In this document: piece by piece, positions 61,719-64,000 of the stretch
Layout of the letters: every line of letters starts with the position of its first letter
How positions within the stretch are numbered: the stretch's first letter is position 1
NCBI GenBank assembly: GCA_963708135.1
Contig: OY970192.1
Coordinates: 3,200,001 to 3,264,000, forward strand
Source of the DNA: an uncultured Gemmatimonadales bacterium
GTDB lineage: Bacteria; Gemmatimonadota; Gemmatimonadetes; Longimicrobiales; RSA9
Direction of reading: 5' to 3'
Length of the DNA stretch: 64,000 bases
Notes under the pieces: model-generated
The model's input: the letters and a program-made list of their open reading frames with translations, nothing else
Databases searched by the model: none
What the model was told of the DNA's origin: nothing
Made by a program: the position numbers and the translations under genes

Positions 61719-63170
61719 TCACCCACCTCCCGCCGGCGCCGAATCCAGCCAGCCACCCGTGAACCCGGCGCGGCGTAGGCCGCGGACGATGTAGGGGTTC
61801 TGCCGCAGCAGCTTCCAGATGAGGCCGCTGCGGTAGTTCTCGATCATGGCGACGATCGGGCCCTCATCGATGCCGAGGTAGTCGGTGTCGAACCAGCCCA
61901 GCGCGGGATCCGTCCTCCCCGCCGTGGCGCCGGGCACGCGCAGCGTGGGGTTGAAGGCGTCGAGGAAGCCGTAGGTGGAATACAGGGCGTCGCCGTAGCG
62001 GTCCTTCATGGCCATGAGCGCGGGGACGGCGATCTCGGGGGCGAAGGCGATGGAGCCGCCGGCCGCGGTGGCGGCGAGGGTGCCGTCGTCGCGGACCTCG
62101 GTGAAGTCGGCGCCGCGCGCGGCGTAGCCCATGAAGGTCCGGCTGCGGCCGTCGATGGTGGCGGTGAAGTCGCCGGGACCATCGGAGGCGGTGAGCCCCC
62201 AGATGTCGGCGCCGTAGCCTGTCCAGCCGGCGGGGTCGGCCGTGGCGTAGGCGCGCTGGGCGAGGGTGGCGCGGCGCGAGTTCTCGAAGTAGTCGATGCC
62301 GTGGGCGCGCATGAAGGCGTCCCGGATGCCGCGGAAATCGACCCAGATCTGCGAGTACTGGTGCCCGAAGAGCGGCGCGAAGCCGAGGTGCTCCTGGCCG
62401 TAGTAGGCGCCCCAGCGGTAGGTGCTCGTGAAGTAGTCCCACGCGCCGTCCGCGGCGGGGTGGGTGGGCGAGCCGAGCGCCAGGATGTAGAGGATCATCG
62501 CCTCGTTGTAGCCGTGCCAGTCCATGGCGTGGAAGCCGGCCTCGGGCGTCCATCCCATGGCGACGCCGGGCGGCCGCGGCGAGAACCACGCCCAGTCCGC
62601 TCGGCGGTAGAGCGAGTCGGCGAGCGCGCGGATCGAGTCCTCGGGCGGCGTCGCCTGCGCGAAGTACTGCTGGCAGGCGAGCACCCCCGCGAAGAGCAGC
62701 GCGGAATCGATCGAGGAGAGCTCGATCTTCTGGTAGCGCCGGCCCGTCTGCATGTCGAGGAAGTGGTAGAAGAAGCCGTGGTAGCCGGCGGCGTCGGTCG
62801 TGGAGTCCTGGGGCGCGGTCCATAGGAAGCGGAGCGTGGTGAGCACGCGGGCGTCGGCGTCGGCGCGGGAGACCCAACCGCGCTCGACGCCGATCGGGTA
62901 GGCGGTCAGCGCGAATCCGACCGCGGCGATGCTCGAGAAGGTCGGGGTCGGCCAGCGGTCGGGCGTGAGTCCGTTGGCGGGGTTCGACCGCTCCCAGAAG
63001 AACTCGAAGGTGCGGTGCTCGAGGTCCTGGAGGAAGGCATCGGCCCCGGGCGGGAGCGGGCCGGGCGCCGGCGTGGTGGGGGTGGTGGCCGTGCGGGCGC
63101 AGGCGGCCAGCCCCGAGACGGCGAGCACGAAAGCAAAGCTGAGAGTCTGGGCGGCGCGCGATGGTCGCAT
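61719..63170 (-). CDS. Glucoamylase-like/DUF3131 lipoprotein, GH144 endo-beta-1,2-glucanase-like
   Basis: Lipobox LAAC; RTFEFFW, SIAAVGF, GFFYHF, ELSSIDS, GYNEA, PLFGHQYS, WGLTASD, YGFLDAFN, GIDEGP. Confidence 0.85.
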   Translation of the reverse strand: MRPSRAAQTLSFAFVLAVSGLAACARTATTPTTPAPGPLPPGADAFLQDLEHRTFEFFWERSNPANGLTPDRWPTPTFSSIAAVGFALTAYPIGVERGWVSRADADARVLTTLRFLWTAPQDSTTDAAGYHGFFYHFLDMQTGRRYQKIELSSIDSALLFAGVLACQQYFAQATPPEDSIRALADSLYRRADWAWFSPRPPGVAMGWTPEAGFHAMDWHGYNEAMILYILALGSPTHPAADGAWDYFTSTYRWGAYYGQEHLGFAPLFGHQYSQIWVDFRGIRDAFMRAHGIDYFENSRRATLAQRAYATADPAGWTGYGADIWGLTASDGPGDFTATIDGRSRTFMGYAARGADFTEVRDDGTLAATAAGGSIAFAPEIAVPALMAMKDRYGDALYSTYGFLDAFNPTLRVPGATAGRTDPALGWFDTDYLGIDEGPIVAMIENYRSGLIWKLLRQNPYIVRGLRRAGFTGGWLDSAPAGGG

Positions 63171-63321
63171 CCGGCTCCTGGGGCGCGAAGGCAGCGGTGC
63201 GGGCAGTCTATCGCGGCCCGCAGAACGCGGGCCGCCCGGACGCACCAGACCGTTGCGCGCCCGGGCGGCACCGACTCGACGGGGGCGACGCCCCGCCGGG
63301 TCGCCGAGCTCGGTTCCGCCG

Positions 63322-64000
63322 CTAGAAGTTCGCCTCCGCGCCCAGCTGGAAGTGGCGCGCGTCGGTGACGAGACAGGTCGGCACGCCAAAGTTGGCGTCC
63401 GTGCGGTTGCCCGTCTGGTAGCAGCCGTAGTTGTTGTGGTTCAGCGCGTTGAAGATGTCGAGCGTGAGCCCGTACTTCACGCTGGAGCCGAACGCGTACA
63501 GGTCCTTGCGGAAGCGCAGGTCGAGGTTCTGGTACGGGAACGTGCCCGGCACGCTGAACCCGCCGCGCTGGTAGGCGTTTCCGGTGGTCCCGACACCGCA
63601 GAAGCGGCCGGGGCAGCCCACGTCCAGCGTGTACTTGCCGCCGAGCGTGAGGAGGCCGGAGGCCTGGATCCCCCAGAGGTAGGGGATGTCGGTGATGGCG
63701 TTGGCGACGAGCCGATACCGCTCATCATTGGACGGATGCCTCGGGATGCTCGCCGCGTTGGGGAAGGCGAAGTCGTCGTTCAGGAGGTCGGCCCCCGCCA
63801 CGTCGCGCCAGGCATACGTGAAGGCGAGGCCTGCGCCCCAGCCAAACCTGCTGTCCCCGGCCCGCGAATAGGGCCGCTGGATCTTGCCCTCGAGCCCCTT
63901 GTACCACGTCTGCTTCTGGTTCGAGGCGTAGATGAAGTTGCTGAAGCCGTGCTCGCCGACGTTGAAGGACGCGCAGCAGGTGCCGTCCGGGTTGAGCCCG
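63322..64000 (-). CDS. TonB-dependent receptor, C-terminal part (starts beyond the window)
   Basis: Frame open from the window edge; beta-strand pattern, LDIFNALN..N motif, terminal Phe (QLGAEANF). Confidence 0.8.
   Translation of the reverse strand, partial: GLNPDGTCCASFNVGEHGFSNFIYASNQKQTWYKGLEGKIQRPYSRAGDSRFGWGAGLAFTYAWRDVAGADLLNDDFAFPNAASIPRHPSNDERYRLVANAITDIPYLWGIQASGLLTLGGKYTLDVGCPGRFCGVGTTGNAYQRGGFSVPGTFPYQNLDLRFRKDLYAFGSSVKYGLTLDIFNALNHNNYGCYQTGNRTDANFGVPTCLVTDARHFQLGAEANF

Overview
This is a high-GC bacterial chromosome segment; the gene content (eukaryote-like kinases with PD40/TPR sensors, SprA-like protein, DUF5916, PilB/T/C) suggests Gemmatimonadota, which is an inference. 1-20.4 kb is accessory: MarR and ArsR regulators with visible operators, a CGNR zinc finger, an ATP-dependent DNA ligase, two Ser/Thr kinases, an ECF sigma factor, an FAD monooxygenase, a K+ channel-like protein, TIGR02587/02588, a cupin, a cytochrome c-TPR protein, an S41 peptidase and several gene fragments. 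20.4-26.5 kb is a decayed mobile island with an intact IS21 plus an extra 94-bp copy of its end, a truncated restriction-nuclease-like gene, and IS4 and IS21 remnants. It finishes in a Tn7/Mu-like transposon end a few bases after the pilC stop codon. 26.5-46 kb holds pilC-pilT-pilB, comEA, a four-helix-bundle gene, an M28 peptidase and a sprA-like gene (all minus strand), divergent from lptF-lptG. Around comEA and the four-helix-bundle gene lies a ~3 kb modular tandem array of cassettes bracketed by inverted GAGTGGGA octamer runs, and related octamer-tailed structured elements recur at 53.6-54.1, 59.3-60.0 and 61.7 kb. 46-64 kb holds a response regulator, a DapF-like protein with both catalytic Cys replaced by Ser, a DUF5916 protein and a probable beta-glucan (beta-1,2-glucan-type) utilisation locus. 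The best candidates for undescribed biology are the octamer-cassette/four-helix-bundle system and the pilC-targeted transposon end. All family calls come from motif recognition by eye; no database search was run.
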